From the IMG/VR virus record IMGVR_UViG_3300009508_000011, positions 1 to 64,000 of that record: 64,000 nucleotides of DNA; one strand, 5' to 3'. The translations under genes and the position numbers were made by a program. Below are positions 1 to 10,629 of the stretch, piece after piece. A model generated the notes under the pieces. The model ran no database searches, was not told the origin of the DNA, and was given only the letters and a program-made list of their open reading frames with translations. The stretch's first letter is position 1; each line of letters starts with the position of its first letter.

Positions 1-827
1 CCGACTTTGCAGCTAATATCATCATGGGTAATAAGTTGATGGTTAAGCGTGTATCAGTTTACCAAGGGGTATTCGTACCATTCCTTACTGATATAGCTAG
101 ACTGTTCACTAGACTGTCACCTAAGATACAAAATCAATTGGTAGATAAGATTACCGAGAGTAAGGTTAAGTTACCTAAAGGTTCAACCATCGAAGAAGTT
201 ATTACTAGTTTCTTGGATAACCTTGAAGTATCTCTACCGTCTCCAGATTCATCTAAAGTTGTTACACAAATGGAAGAGTTAACCTCTTACATCGAAATCC
301 TTGATACGGCACTGGAAGCTTACTTCTCAGAAGACATCATGGATGCTGTAGTTGATACCGACTTGGAAGATTCTATTCTATCTACACAGGCAGCTATACG
401 TGCATACTTTATTCGTAACTGGATGCGTAATAATAACGTACTACCAGAAATCGAAACGTTGTTTGTACAGGATAGTGGTGCTTCAATTCTTGAACAGCAT
501 ACTGAGTTTGTCGAAGACATTCTTGCAATGATGTCAGATAAACTTCGTAAGACTACTAAGGTAGGTCGTAAGCATGAGCGTGATGCGGAGAAGGATATCA
601 ACAAGGAAGAGGAAGCAGCAGCAAAAGCTGAGGAAGAAGCACAAGCTCTTCTTGATGCTCAAGCTGAAGAAGAATCAGGTGGTGACGATAACTTAGATAC
701 CTTAGATGATGAAGAAAACATCGATGGTCAAGATGAGTTAGCTGATAACATCCCTGCTGAAGTTGAAGGTGGTGAAGAACCAACGGATACTCCAGAAGAT
801 GATGAATTAGACTTACCGCCAGCCTAG
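1..827 (+). CDS. 5'-truncated virion protein, probably the C-terminus of the portal (phiKZ gp129-like), with a very acidic tail
   Basis: Frame is open from the window edge (DFAANIIMGNKL...). The C-terminal ~70 aa are D/E-rich. Portal call rests on recalled similarity and synteny. Confidence 0.5.
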   Translation, partial: DFAANIIMGNKLMVKRVSVYQGVFVPFLTDIARLFTRLSPKIQNQLVDKITESKVKLPKGSTIEEVITSFLDNLEVSLPSPDSSKVVTQMEELTSYIEILDTALEAYFSEDIMDAVVDTDLEDSILSTQAAIRAYFIRNWMRNNNVLPEIETLFVQDSGASILEQHTEFVEDILAMMSDKLRKTTKVGRKHERDAEKDINKEEEAAAKAEEEAQALLDAQAEEESGGDDNLDTLDDEENIDGQDELADNIPAEVEGGEEPTDTPEDDELDLPPA

Positions 828-855
828 AGTTGACAAAAAAATAAAGGGCATAAAG

Positions 856-877
856 TAGGGAGCCGAAAGGCTCCCTA
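856..877. terminator. Bidirectional intrinsic terminator between convergent genes
   Basis: TAGGGAGCC-GAAA-GGCTCCCTA perfect stem. Confidence 0.85.
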
Positions 878-926
878 ATTATGACGTTCACTTACTCGTT
901 ATTCACCAAGACAGCATAAAGCAGAA

Positions 927-1214
927 TTAGTAAATAAGGATAATACCTTTATCCGTACGAACACGACCAGCAGCCACGTTAGCCTTAGGTGAACGGTCCA
1001 TTGCGAACGCGTGGAAACCAGCAGAAGTTAGTTCCTTGGTATTTGGTACGTTACGAGTACCGTCTTCGTTCAACATGTAATTAGTGATGCCAGAAATCAA
1101 TCCAGGCCATGTTTGTTCAACATAGGCAGGGTCTAGCTCACCAGTAGATTTCATTGGTAAGTTAGTATCGGCGTTAACCTCACCCAACTTAGCAAGAATT
1201 TCCTCTATAGTCAT
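927..1214 (-). CDS. Small conserved-type jumbo phage hypothetical protein (95 aa)
   Basis: GGAG RBS before ATG at 1214; C-terminus VRTDKGIILIY resembles small phiKZ-like phage proteins. Confidence 0.75.
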   Translation of the reverse strand: MTIEEILAKLGEVNADTNLPMKSTGELDPAYVEQTWPGLISGITNYMLNEDGTRNVPNTKELTSAGFHAFAMDRSPKANVAAGRVRTDKGIILIY

Positions 1215-1340
1215 AGCGGGAATCTCCAAAGTAATGCATTAAAAGAAATAGTTAAAGTAGCAAAGATATCATGAATTAGCGGTTCAGGACTATTATGCGT
1301 TCAGGACTAGCATATATATAGGTAACATTAAGGCAAAAAA

Positions 1341-1364
1341 ATAAAGGGGAGTAACCCCCTTTAT
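1341..1364 (-). terminator. Intrinsic terminator
   Basis: ATAAAGGGG-AGTAAC-CCCCTTTAT stem with an A-tract on the + strand, after the 1384 gene. Confidence 0.8.
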
Positions 1365-1383
1365 TCTGTTTACTAAATACCCA

Positions 1384-3582
1384 CTACTTTACTTTAGTAA
1401 ATGTGTAGGTTTTAGCAACTTGTTCAAGCTTACAGATACGGTAAACAACACCATCGGCCAAACGTAAAGAGAAATCACTAACACCAGTTTTAACTAGGCG
1501 TGAGAATATCGCTTGTACTGACTCATGTAATTGAGCATGGCTTGTATCTTGTATGTAGAACATTTCATCACTAGTAGCTGTAATGTTAAGTTCAGCAAGT
1601 GTGTAAGGTAATGCTAAGATATAACGCTCACGTTCAAGAAGAACTAGATTGTCAGTGGTCTTAGGTGCAGAATCACCTAACGCAGCTATTGCTTCATTAC
1701 GCATTTCGTCAGAAACTAGACGAATGTTATTGTGCATGATACGTGTAAGTATATCTTTCCACAATGCCGCTAGTTTAGCAGAACGGTTTTCAGCTAAGTA
1801 ATCAGTAACGTCACCGATGTCGTCAAATTCAGATATATCCAACTCAGCATCAAGTTGTGCATCTAAAGCATATCGAACATCACTAAGTAATTGTGCCGAT
1901 ACATATAACTGCATTGCACGTGGTAACGAACCAAGCTTCTCAACATATTCATCAAAACCATCAGAATCAAGAGATTCCATATCCGCGAATACTTGACGGT
2001 CAAAATCTTCAGCAACAACAAATGGTGTAACTAACTTGTCGTACGTTTCAATTGACTTATCTACAGAGCCTTGGGTCTGCGCTCTAATGGAAGCTACTGC
2101 AAACTCTTTGGTATCTGCCGTGGAGTAAGTAGCACGACTTTCATCGATAGTCTTACCAGTATGTTTAGTAACCATACCTTCATCTGCAACTTTACTTGCT
2201 GGTGCAGTAAGACTAGCACACTGTACAACGTGTTTAGGATGTACCGGAGCAACTGGTCCGTTTAGTGTGTGTTTAAGGTAATCCATATTTGCTTCCCCTT
2301 GTTTAACAGGAACTGTTTTAGATACGATTGACTCGTCTGAGTAATCAGCCCAGATATAATCAACCAGGATAGTTCCGTCGTCATATCCCATCTTGGCCTT
2401 ATCCGTATTTTCCAATTTAACTACTGGAATATCGGTTTGACCGTGAGGTAAGACTAGAACATTACACTGGTTGTCTTTACCAGTGACTACCGCAGCCTTA
2501 GGTAGATACTGACCATAGATTGCTCTGACTACACTATTTAATACAGGGCACTTGATTGCATCTGTAGAAGTTCGAGCATCGTCTTGCGCTATTGCTGATG
2601 TTACATTTACTTCGTGAGACATATCGGTAGTTCCTGTAGTTTGTGGCCCCTTTATTGGAGTGTCAAAGTTAACATCTTTACCAGTAGACTTAAATTCGTG
2701 TTGTGGTAAAAGTGCATCTAAATCGCTTTCGATTTCAGTAGTTACTTCATCAGTTTGTGACTGTGAAGACCTAGCTCCCCAAACCTTATCGGCATTCATG
2801 GGTTTCTTGTCTACCGCACCACGAGCTTTCCAATCTGTAGTAGATTCCTGTTTAGGTTTAGGACTGCTGTGTTGTTCGAAAGCTGTTGTGGTCGTACGTA
2901 TACCAGCAGCATTGCGAGAACTAACCTGAGGCTGACTATCACTAAAGAAGCCAGAGCGATTAGTACCACTTACTTGACGGTTCTGTGAACCCCAACCACT
3001 TTGAGCTGGTTGTTGGAAACCACCACGTTGTTGCTGCCATGCATTAGTTTGTGCAGGTTGACCAAACGCAGGTCGTTGGTTACCAAAATTACCAGAGGCT
3101 TGAGCGAACGTATTAGTTGGTTGACTAGATGCTACCAATTGCTCGGCTTGACCTTTCCATTCCATAGCACGTTGCTGATACTCAGGCGGTAATATCTGTT
3201 CAGCCAATTGAACATTACTACACCAGCGAACGGCAGCATCCATCTCAAAGATAGGTAACACCACTTCATTCTGGTACGCGTTAGGATTAACACCGCGTTG
3301 TCTTACTGCATCACACATACGTGCAACACAGCGAGCGTAGTCTTGGTTCTCAAAGTTGTTAGCACTTAGAGTGTTCCAAGTAGGAATGAAATATGGTTCA
3401 TCTATAACCACATTCTGTAAGACCCAACGGCCCATCCAGTATAAACCAGTAAACAGTGTAGGGTCGTTAACCTGAACCGTTGAAGGTGGGTTAATTGGCT
3501 GACTGTAATTAGGTTCCTGCTGGAGGGCTGCTTGTTGATTCATCAACTGGGTGAATTGTTGTTGATTACTCTGATTGAACAT
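1384..3582 (-). CDS. Large conserved hypothetical protein next to the nvRNAP gene, with a Q/G/F-rich disordered segment
   Basis: 732-aa ORF, AAGGA RBS; position downstream of gp123-like gene as in phiKZ-like phages. Confidence 0.8.
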   Translation of the reverse strand: MFNQSNQQQFTQLMNQQAALQQEPNYSQPINPPSTVQVNDPTLFTGLYWMGRWVLQNVVIDEPYFIPTWNTLSANNFENQDYARCVARMCDAVRQRGVNPNAYQNEVVLPIFEMDAAVRWCSNVQLAEQILPPEYQQRAMEWKGQAEQLVASSQPTNTFAQASGNFGNQRPAFGQPAQTNAWQQQRGGFQQPAQSGWGSQNRQVSGTNRSGFFSDSQPQVSSRNAAGIRTTTTAFEQHSSPKPKQESTTDWKARGAVDKKPMNADKVWGARSSQSQTDEVTTEIESDLDALLPQHEFKSTGKDVNFDTPIKGPQTTGTTDMSHEVNVTSAIAQDDARTSTDAIKCPVLNSVVRAIYGQYLPKAAVVTGKDNQCNVLVLPHGQTDIPVVKLENTDKAKMGYDDGTILVDYIWADYSDESIVSKTVPVKQGEANMDYLKHTLNGPVAPVHPKHVVQCASLTAPASKVADEGMVTKHTGKTIDESRATYSTADTKEFAVASIRAQTQGSVDKSIETYDKLVTPFVVAEDFDRQVFADMESLDSDGFDEYVEKLGSLPRAMQLYVSAQLLSDVRYALDAQLDAELDISEFDDIGDVTDYLAENRSAKLAALWKDILTRIMHNNIRLVSDEMRNEAIAALGDSAPKTTDNLVLLERERYILALPYTLAELNITATSDEMFYIQDTSHAQLHESVQAIFSRLVKTGVSDFSLRLADGVVYRICKLEQVAKTYTFTKVK

Positions 3583-3624
3583 CACGTTATCCTTTTATTT
3601 ATCAGAAATTAATTCATTGTTAAT

Positions 3625-5280
3625 TTAGTCACGCATGACCACTTTTTCCATTTCACGTAAAACCGCTTCATGGCGTTCAGGGATTTGTACAATATCAGTG
3701 GCGTCTAAGTCGACGTACGGGTTAACACAATCTCGTCCTGTCGGGTTGGACTTTGGTTGATTGAGGTAACTAGCAACAGCCATCTGACTACTGTGTAATA
3801 CTAATTGTGGGTCGTACTCGGTTGTATCCGAACTGTATCCATCATTAGCCTTTGTTTGCTGTACAATGTTACTGGTAATCTTCATGAACATATTGTCACC
3901 AGAGATTTGATGAGTGGCTGTTTCACCATGCTTCTCACCATTAATCTTGAAGATTGCATCGAACTTAAGAGTTTTAGACAAAGTTTCATTTATTGAATCG
4001 AAAGTCAATACTCTTTTATCAGGGGCGAGCTTGTACATTGTCATGAATATGCTGTAAGTAATATCGAATAGTAAGTAACGAAGAATTACGAGATTCTTGT
4101 TAAACATACTTGAGATACCAAGTAAAGCAGTTGTATCATCTACATTACCACGACGTGAACGCATTAAAGCACCCATGTTAGATATAATGTAGTGGAATAA
4201 ATCCCAGACATCAGATACGTTAATATCTGCACGTTTAAACTTCTGTACCGATAGTTCGTCAACATACTCCGATAGTGAAGCCATGTGTACGTCCATTTCA
4301 TTTGCAAGTTTACCTTCACTGCGCTGATTCTTAATAATACGGCCAAGAGCCAAACGCCACATACGAGGGTCATCTAATTCGTCTATTGCAACTTCCAAAG
4401 GAAGATGGTCAGCAACGTAGAAGAATGATGCAATGTAATCACGAACTATCTCACTGAAGTCACTCTTACGAACAACTAAGCGAATGGAACAACTTTCATA
4501 CATCTGCACACGTCTAGCTGCCTTTGGGCGAGTTCCCATGTGAGCATGTAGTGAAGATAATATGTACCATTTGTCAGACGGGTACATCTGACTGGTAAGT
4601 TCTGGACCACCAACAATAACATCAATACCGCAGAATCGACGCATTGTTTCTGTAAAACCAAACTGTGCAAACATGTAATGGATAATTGATACCTCACACT
4701 TAACAGCGTTAGGACCTTTAGCTTTATCGTCACCATTATTATATATGCGTGAAGTTACGACGGCTCCATGGTTTTGCAGGGTACTGTTAACCAAGAAGTT
4801 ATGACTTGCACGTTCAAAGTTTAATTTGGCTCGGGTGAGGGGAATGAACAAACCATTCTGCTCGATGGATATTGCTTTATCTGCAATAACCGGACTTACA
4901 AAGTAACGAGTGCCTTTTATCCGTATACAACCACCAGGCCCTACCGCAGGTAAGAACATGAATTTTGGTGGCATCGGTCGTGGACCTGTTCCGTCATCGT
5001 AGGAGAACATGAACTTAACTAGATAAACATCTGACTTAGAAAGTTCTATCTGATGTTTACCATAACGCTTACGCGTGAGTTCATTGTATTCTTCTTTCGG
5101 GGTACAACGGACAACGTCTTCGAATACCAATCCTTTAGGGAAAGATTTACTAGCACATTTCATTACGCCCTTGATATACATCATAGCTTCTCTGAGGTGC
5201 TCAACAGCTAACCCTCGACAGACTCTCTCATTGAACTTCGGTAGTCCATCATGTATTGAATTGAAAAGAAAGTTATCCAC
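3625..5280 (-). CDS. Non-virion RNA polymerase beta N-terminal subunit (phiKZ gp123-like)
   Basis: GTG start with GGAG; N-terminus LPKFNERVCRGLAVEH...FPKGL...RCTPKEEY matches the gp123 family as I recall it; synteny with MCP. Confidence 0.85.
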   Translation of the reverse strand: MDNFLFNSIHDGLPKFNERVCRGLAVEHLREAMMYIKGVMKCASKSFPKGLVFEDVVRCTPKEEYNELTRKRYGKHQIELSKSDVYLVKFMFSYDDGTGPRPMPPKFMFLPAVGPGGCIRIKGTRYFVSPVIADKAISIEQNGLFIPLTRAKLNFERASHNFLVNSTLQNHGAVVTSRIYNNGDDKAKGPNAVKCEVSIIHYMFAQFGFTETMRRFCGIDVIVGGPELTSQMYPSDKWYILSSLHAHMGTRPKAARRVQMYESCSIRLVVRKSDFSEIVRDYIASFFYVADHLPLEVAIDELDDPRMWRLALGRIIKNQRSEGKLANEMDVHMASLSEYVDELSVQKFKRADINVSDVWDLFHYIISNMGALMRSRRGNVDDTTALLGISSMFNKNLVILRYLLFDITYSIFMTMYKLAPDKRVLTFDSINETLSKTLKFDAIFKINGEKHGETATHQISGDNMFMKITSNIVQQTKANDGYSSDTTEYDPQLVLHSSQMAVASYLNQPKSNPTGRDCVNPYVDLDATDIVQIPERHEAVLREMEKVVMRD

Positions 5281-5372
5281 CTTTATCTCCTGTTATTTTA
5301 ATAAATGGGTATTGGGAAATTTATTACATAATCTACCACTCTATGATATAAGTGAGCGATGTAAAATTTAAC

Positions 5373-6620
5373 CTAAGATAACGCTTTCCATAGACCGACG
5401 CCTATGGTTACTGCACTTGCTACATATTTTAACCATGAACTTGTATCCTCTCTTGATTCACTTCTAATTGCGCTAGATTCTTTTATCTCAGCGAGTTTCA
5501 AATCTAACTCCTTCTTTTCTTTAGCAGTTTCCAGAGACTGCATTTTCATCTTTTGTTCTAACGCCTCCTTCTCCTGTATTAACTTTGCCTGCACGTCACC
5601 ATATTCATCATGTAACTTACTTAAAGCAGCTCTTTCCCGCTCTAGTGTATCCATCTCCATTTGACCGATGATGTTTTGACTAGTAGCAGAATCAGCTTCA
5701 ATGGCAGTTCTGAATATAGGTATCTCGTGCCAAAATTTAGTTATGCCTAATTCATCTTCTTTAACAGGTACGGGAACTACCATTCTATCCCCATCTCTTA
5801 TAAAGCGATAAACCCCAGTTGGTAATTGATGATTTCTCACCACTGGTAAAGTTCGTGTACGCTCACATATTCTAACGTAGTAGTTATGTGGACGCTCTCC
5901 CTCATTCCAGTTTACAAATGCCCCAAACGTAATACCCTTGCCGTAACTTCGTCCTTCAATCTTAGCGATTGCGTCAGGATGATATGGCGCGTCTAGATAA
6001 TTTGTTATCTTCGTTATAAACAGATTAAGCTCCGACATGTATAATGTATCTTCCTGTCCGAACTCACCCGTATAAACTACAGACTCCCAATCACACATCT
6101 TCAGATTGTTAATTCCGCCTGTCTCTCTCCAACCATCATTAATTGCTCTATCAATCAATCGTTCTGATATAATAGCCTCAATCCTCTCAGGTGAGGATTT
6201 ACTGTGAACAGTTACTCCCGAAGCAGCAGTTATTCTACAAGCAATTTCAAATGTACCCGTAATATTGGATGGGTCGTATGGTATTCTCCAATACAATCCT
6301 TTAGAGTCAAATATAACTACGTCAAAACCAAGTCCATTAAAATACTTAGTACGTTCCTCTAGAGAACATGGTCTGCTTCCAATACTAGTTGAGAAATAAT
6401 TCTTACTAGCAATCTCATCAGGTTTAAGTACTTTAATTCTACCAGTCATAGAAGCATTCTCTGTGACGGTTGAACAAGGTAGGTTCTGAGTAGTTAAGTT
6501 TTGCGGTATTAGTTCTGTAGAGTGGGACTCATCCGGATGGACTCTTGGAGTAGCCATTTTACTGAATGACTGTTTCCATAGTTGTCTTTGCCCGCTTACC
6601 ACAGTAGTAGTGCGATGCAT
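5373..6620 (-). CDS. Conserved hypothetical protein with C-terminal coiled coil and hydrophobic tail (gp122-like)
   Basis: ATG at 6620 with GAAGGGG RBS; heptad-rich E/K stretch, then VASAVTIGVGLWKALS. Confidence 0.7.
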   Translation of the reverse strand: MHRTTTVVSGQRQLWKQSFSKMATPRVHPDESHSTELIPQNLTTQNLPCSTVTENASMTGRIKVLKPDEIASKNYFSTSIGSRPCSLEERTKYFNGLGFDVVIFDSKGLYWRIPYDPSNITGTFEIACRITAASGVTVHSKSSPERIEAIISERLIDRAINDGWRETGGINNLKMCDWESVVYTGEFGQEDTLYMSELNLFITKITNYLDAPYHPDAIAKIEGRSYGKGITFGAFVNWNEGERPHNYYVRICERTRTLPVVRNHQLPTGVYRFIRDGDRMVVPVPVKEDELGITKFWHEIPIFRTAIEADSATSQNIIGQMEMDTLERERAALSKLHDEYGDVQAKLIQEKEALEQKMKMQSLETAKEKKELDLKLAEIKESSAIRSESREDTSSWLKYVASAVTIGVGLWKALS

Positions 6621-6657
6621 AAGGCCCCCTTCACTTAAAACTAATTGTCGTATCACC

Positions 6658-6683
6658 AGTATAATATATTTCTGAAATAATTT
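6658..6683 (-). promoter_or_regulatory. phiKZ-type early-like promoter (TATATTAT)
   Basis: Minus strand AAATTATTTCAGAAATATATTATACT; resembles the phiKZ early consensus TATATTAC. Confidence 0.55.
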
Positions 6684-6700
6684 AGGTCAGACGGCATAAA

Positions 6701-6718
6701 GGGTAGCATAAGCTACCC
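6701..6718. terminator. Terminator hairpin flanked by ACGGCATAA
   Basis: GGGTAGC-ATAA-GCTACCC. Confidence 0.75.
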
Positions 6719-6723
6719 ATGAC

Positions 6724-6972
6724 TTATTTAATATCCGGCGATGTTCTGGCTACTGTCTTACCATGGTCATTTATAAAGTAAGCATTACCTTTCATACTGA
6801 AGCCCATCCAAGCTCCACCATCACCAACAAAATCAACCATGATACGCTTAATTGGTTTATCTGTTAATTCGGTGTCAATAACTACCTTAGCTCTTTTACA
6901 TTCCACAAGCTCAAAGGTTTTTGTTGTATCTGAATCCACTCCATCCAGACTATCCATTAATTTAACAAACAT
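6724..6972 (-). CDS. Small hypothetical protein
   Basis: 82 aa, AGGAG RBS; AYFINDHGKTV-type C-terminus seen in phage proteins. Confidence 0.8.
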   Translation of the reverse strand: MFVKLMDSLDGVDSDTTKTFELVECKRAKVVIDTELTDKPIKRIMVDFVGDGGAWMGFSMKGNAYFINDHGKTVARTSPDIK

Positions 6973-7084
6973 TTTAGTTCTCCTAATAGTAGTAATAGTA
7001 GTAGTACCTTTAAGTACATATAAATGTATCAGTACTTATTTTTTTATCTATAGGACATAGGTAGCGGGTTTCCCCGCTTACCTG

Positions 7085-7750
7085 TTATACAGCTCTACGT
7101 ATAGAGCTACGTATCTGTGCAGCTATAGCTACTAGGCCATTTAGACCCACGTAATGGTTGGCGAAGAAAGACTTTGGTAACTTACCTGTATTCTCCTTAA
7201 CCGCTGCCTTTATTAACGTTCTGGCATTGTCACATGCCTTTGAAAAGAATTTACTATAATCTTCAAAGGTGACAATTTCCTTTTTTGCTATAGCTATTGC
7301 TTCTTTGGCAGTAAGGGTCTCACCAACCATATCTATAAAAGACTCACTCTCCAATGGTAGGAATTGACCATCCTTTACACTTTTCAATAGTTTCTTAAAG
7401 CGTTGGTCATCTAATAAAAACATAGATGCTAAGGTAGCGTCTCTCCAAGCAATGCTAGAGTTAATGGCTTCATATGGTACTTTTTTACCACTAAGGTCGA
7501 ATTTATCGATGTAGCCAGTGATATAGTCACCCATGGCTTCTTCCATGTTATCTATACCCATCATCACCCGCTTAATGTCCCAGCCAGTCCAGCCCATAAC
7601 CTTAAGTGCATCGCGCAATGGCTTATATAACAGGTCATCTTTAAAAGCACCAGCTAGTTGTCTAGTAATACCTTCATTACCAATTTCCAATTCCTGCGAA
7701 CACTCAACAGATACATTTAGCTCGATTGCCGACATAATACATTGTCTCAT
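7085..7750 (-). CDS. Hypothetical protein
   Basis: 221-aa ORF with AAGGA RBS. Confidence 0.75.
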   Translation of the reverse strand: MRQCIMSAIELNVSVECSQELEIGNEGITRQLAGAFKDDLLYKPLRDALKVMGWTGWDIKRVMMGIDNMEEAMGDYITGYIDKFDLSGKKVPYEAINSSIAWRDATLASMFLLDDQRFKKLLKSVKDGQFLPLESESFIDMVGETLTAKEAIAIAKKEIVTFEDYSKFFSKACDNARTLIKAAVKENTGKLPKSFFANHYVGLNGLVAIAAQIRSSIRRAV

Positions 7751-7780
7751 TTTTTCTTTTCCTTATATTTAAACAGCAAA

Positions 7781-7803
7781 AGCAAGGGGGGATACCCCTT
7801 GCT
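7781..7803 (-). terminator. Major capsid gene terminator
   Basis: AGCAAGGGG...CCCCTTGCT stem followed by a T-run on the minus strand. Confidence 0.75.
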
Positions 7804-7827
7804 CATGTCTAAATCAATTTAATTAAA

Positions 7828-9951
7828 TTAAACTTTTTCAGATAACACTTTATCAAGGTTGATAACTTTGATGCGTGCCATTACAGGTAACAAGCCAATG
7901 TGACGGTTACGAGTTTGTACAGTAGTAACGTTAGCAGTAGAACCACCACGAGATACTTGTGCACTAGATACCATTTCAGGAATCCAACCGTGAGCACCGA
8001 AGCTCAACGGGTCAGCTTCACCAGAAGCAGCTTCACGAGCGAAAGTCAAGAAGATTTCACCAGTCATGCGCTTGTCAGCTGAAGTAACTACTTTGTGGTC
8101 CATACCAATTGCAGCAGAACGCTCATCACCAGAAACCATGATGTGACGTTGTAATACTGAATCAGTAGCGATAACCAAGCGAGGCTTAGTTTCACGACCA
8201 TTAGTAATTGTTTCTAACGCCGTTTGGTAGTTAGAATCTTGAGCCATTGGGTAAGCTAAAGCACGGATTGCATTGATAATTGTATCTGCAACGTCAGCAG
8301 CTTTTTCATGCGACTTAGTTGAGTTGATTACCGCTGCCATGTCAATAGTAAGCTCTTTGTAGTAAGGGCTAACTAAGTGACGACCTGCACCTTCGATTTC
8401 TGGAACTGGCATGTCACCAGCTACAGCTTCAGCGTACTGCTTAAGCATTTCCGCACGAGAGAACAATTTGCTAACTGCATCGTTTGCATTACGCGTACGA
8501 GAGATTGCTGTGATTGTTTTCAAGTCAGTTGCTTTACGCTTGTCACTTTCGTTGATAGGCGCTTTAGCAGTGATTGGAGCATTGAAACCGATAGAGTAAC
8601 GCTCTACTTTACCAGTATGGCTACCTAAGATACCACGGTGACGCAAGTTAGCGTTTGAGTGATATGCTTCAAGAGTATAACCAACCAATTCGAAAGAAAG
8701 GTTATCGATTAACGCTTTACCAGCACCAGTGTTGATAGAGATACCTTGACCATCTACAGCGAACAAGCCGTTAGCAGAAGGAGCAGGGCTGTATAAGTTT
8801 AACTCACCAGTTTCAAGGTCTAGCTTACCAGACATTTGAAGAGTGATGTTTAACTTCTGGTCGTTTAATGAAGCAAGAGCTTCAGCGGCGATACCAGCAA
8901 TATCTTTACGGTCGCTTTGTAGAACAACAGTTTCGTTAGAGAACTGTACGCTCATTTCACGGTCAGAGTTACCTTCAGGCGACTTGAAGAAGCTTGAACG
9001 TGGTAAACCCTTAACGCTAACAGCGATAACTGAAGACTTAGTTGCCGCAGCATCAGTAACTTTAACATAGATTACGTCAAGGCCAGCGTTGCTGTCAATG
9101 CTATCTTCATCAGTAAGTTCTTGGCCGCCATTTAATGGAGAACCAGAGCTTAACGCTAACAAGTCAACTGAAACACCAGGCTTCAATGGAGCTGTAGTGA
9201 TATCAACACCGTCAACTGATTTTGTTTGTTTTGCAACTACTGCGTCGTCTGTGAAGAACTTAGCATTAGAACCGTCGTCAAGAACGATTGGGTAGATGCG
9301 AGTTGTTTCCGACTCAAGGATAGTGTGGTCAACCACAGCATCCAAAACTTTACGTTTGTTGAAGTCAGTAACATCACCAGTAGCAGCACGGCGAACTTCG
9401 CGATGTACAACTGTTTGCTCGATAGTTACATCAAGACCACCAACTTCTGGCGTAAGAACGATTGTTGGGAAAAGAGTTTCACCAAATTCGTCTTGTTGCG
9501 CAGACTCAAGGTTGAAAGCCATTGAGTAAGATTGGTAGTTACCAATTTTGCTTTGGTCAAATGCTTCCATTGCTGGAACACCTTGGCCATCAGCGATTAC
9601 AGTGACGCCTTCAGTGCTAACTGTAGGTTGAGAAGCTTTATCGTGATAAGCTTCGTAGTCACCAAGACCCATGGCAATAATTGTAGCTGCTTCAACGCCT
9701 ACTGAATCTTGGTCAGGATTTTCGATACCGGCTGCTTCTAAAGACGCAACGATATTACTACGAACATCACCGAACGCTGCTTCATGACGCGATAACGCAT
9801 CAGGGGCAACTGATTCAATACTTACTGTTACTGCTTCAACATTACCTGCTGAAATGAATTCATCGCCTTGAGTAGCGATGTCTGATTTTAGTTGAGTAGC
9901 GATGTCAGCTACACCAACTTTACCTTTCTGTGAAGAACTAAAACGTGACAT
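7828..9951 (-). CDS. Major capsid protein (phiKZ gp120-like)
   Basis: 707 aa from ATG 9951 (AAGGAAG RBS); strongly biased codons; FGETLFPTIVLTP and NLRHRG motifs; AME putative protease site; synteny with DnaB. Confidence 0.9.
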   Translation of the reverse strand: MSRFSSSQKGKVGVADIATQLKSDIATQGDEFISAGNVEAVTVSIESVAPDALSRHEAAFGDVRSNIVASLEAAGIENPDQDSVGVEAATIIAMGLGDYEAYHDKASQPTVSTEGVTVIADGQGVPAMEAFDQSKIGNYQSYSMAFNLESAQQDEFGETLFPTIVLTPEVGGLDVTIEQTVVHREVRRAATGDVTDFNKRKVLDAVVDHTILESETTRIYPIVLDDGSNAKFFTDDAVVAKQTKSVDGVDITTAPLKPGVSVDLLALSSGSPLNGGQELTDEDSIDSNAGLDVIYVKVTDAAATKSSVIAVSVKGLPRSSFFKSPEGNSDREMSVQFSNETVVLQSDRKDIAGIAAEALASLNDQKLNITLQMSGKLDLETGELNLYSPAPSANGLFAVDGQGISINTGAGKALIDNLSFELVGYTLEAYHSNANLRHRGILGSHTGKVERYSIGFNAPITAKAPINESDKRKATDLKTITAISRTRNANDAVSKLFSRAEMLKQYAEAVAGDMPVPEIEGAGRHLVSPYYKELTIDMAAVINSTKSHEKAADVADTIINAIRALAYPMAQDSNYQTALETITNGRETKPRLVIATDSVLQRHIMVSGDERSAAIGMDHKVVTSADKRMTGEIFLTFAREAASGEADPLSFGAHGWIPEMVSSAQVSRGGSTANVTTVQTRNRHIGLLPVMARIKVINLDKVLSEKV

Positions 9952-10035
9952 TCTGTTTTCTTCCTTATAAATACGTATTTTTAAAGAAACTCCATAGAGG
10001 AGTGACAACCACACATACTATAGTTAAAACTTTTA

Positions 10036-10572
10036 CTAAACTTTCTTTACGAACCGTTTAAATAGATTTAACTCAGCGACTTTTTCAAACCCTATCTGTT
10101 TCTGTAAAACATCAAGGAAGTTTTGTAACGAATGGACATTTCCGTCTTCAGTTACAGGGTTAACCACAACAGCAGCTACTTCTGGTTGAAGCATTACCGT
10201 TTCATAGTTATGTAAGTTAAACTTACGATTTTCAACTGACTCCTGTTCTAACACATCACCATAAACAAGTAGGTCACGTGGCAGGCCAGACTGAGTTAAG
10301 TTAAATTCTGCTTGTAGCATCTCCAGTTCGTTTGGACCAAACACATCCAATAAGTTTTCAATCCATCGGTCTACTGGGAATTCCATCTTAATAAGAGGGA
10401 AGTCCAAACCGGCTCCTGTTTCCGTAGCTTCTTGATTTGCTTTTAGAAGAAAAAATAAATCTTCCTTTGTTAGTATAGAAGACAATCGTTCAATATCTGA
10501 AACCACGGTCAAGGCCATGTTGTTAGCTTTGAGTTTACGACTCAGCCAAGCAGGTATAATAAATACTTGCAT
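10036..10572 (-). CDS. Conserved hypothetical protein (gp119-like)
   Basis: 178 aa between MCP and DnaB; AAGGA RBS. Confidence 0.75.
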   Translation of the reverse strand: MQVFIIPAWLSRKLKANNMALTVVSDIERLSSILTKEDLFFLLKANQEATETGAGLDFPLIKMEFPVDRWIENLLDVFGPNELEMLQAEFNLTQSGLPRDLLVYGDVLEQESVENRKFNLHNYETVMLQPEVAAVVVNPVTEDGNVHSLQNFLDVLQKQIGFEKVAELNLFKRFVKKV

Positions 10573-10629
10573 ATCAATTTCCTTAATCGTCTGTTAATGA
10601 ATAAAAATTATTTAGTAAGAGAATAGCCA

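Noticed and set aside
10003-10016. 14-mer TGACAACCACACAT shared with 19963-19976 on the opposite strand
   Set aside because: Matches of this length are expected by chance in 64 kb; orientation relative to genes differs and only one copy has TATG
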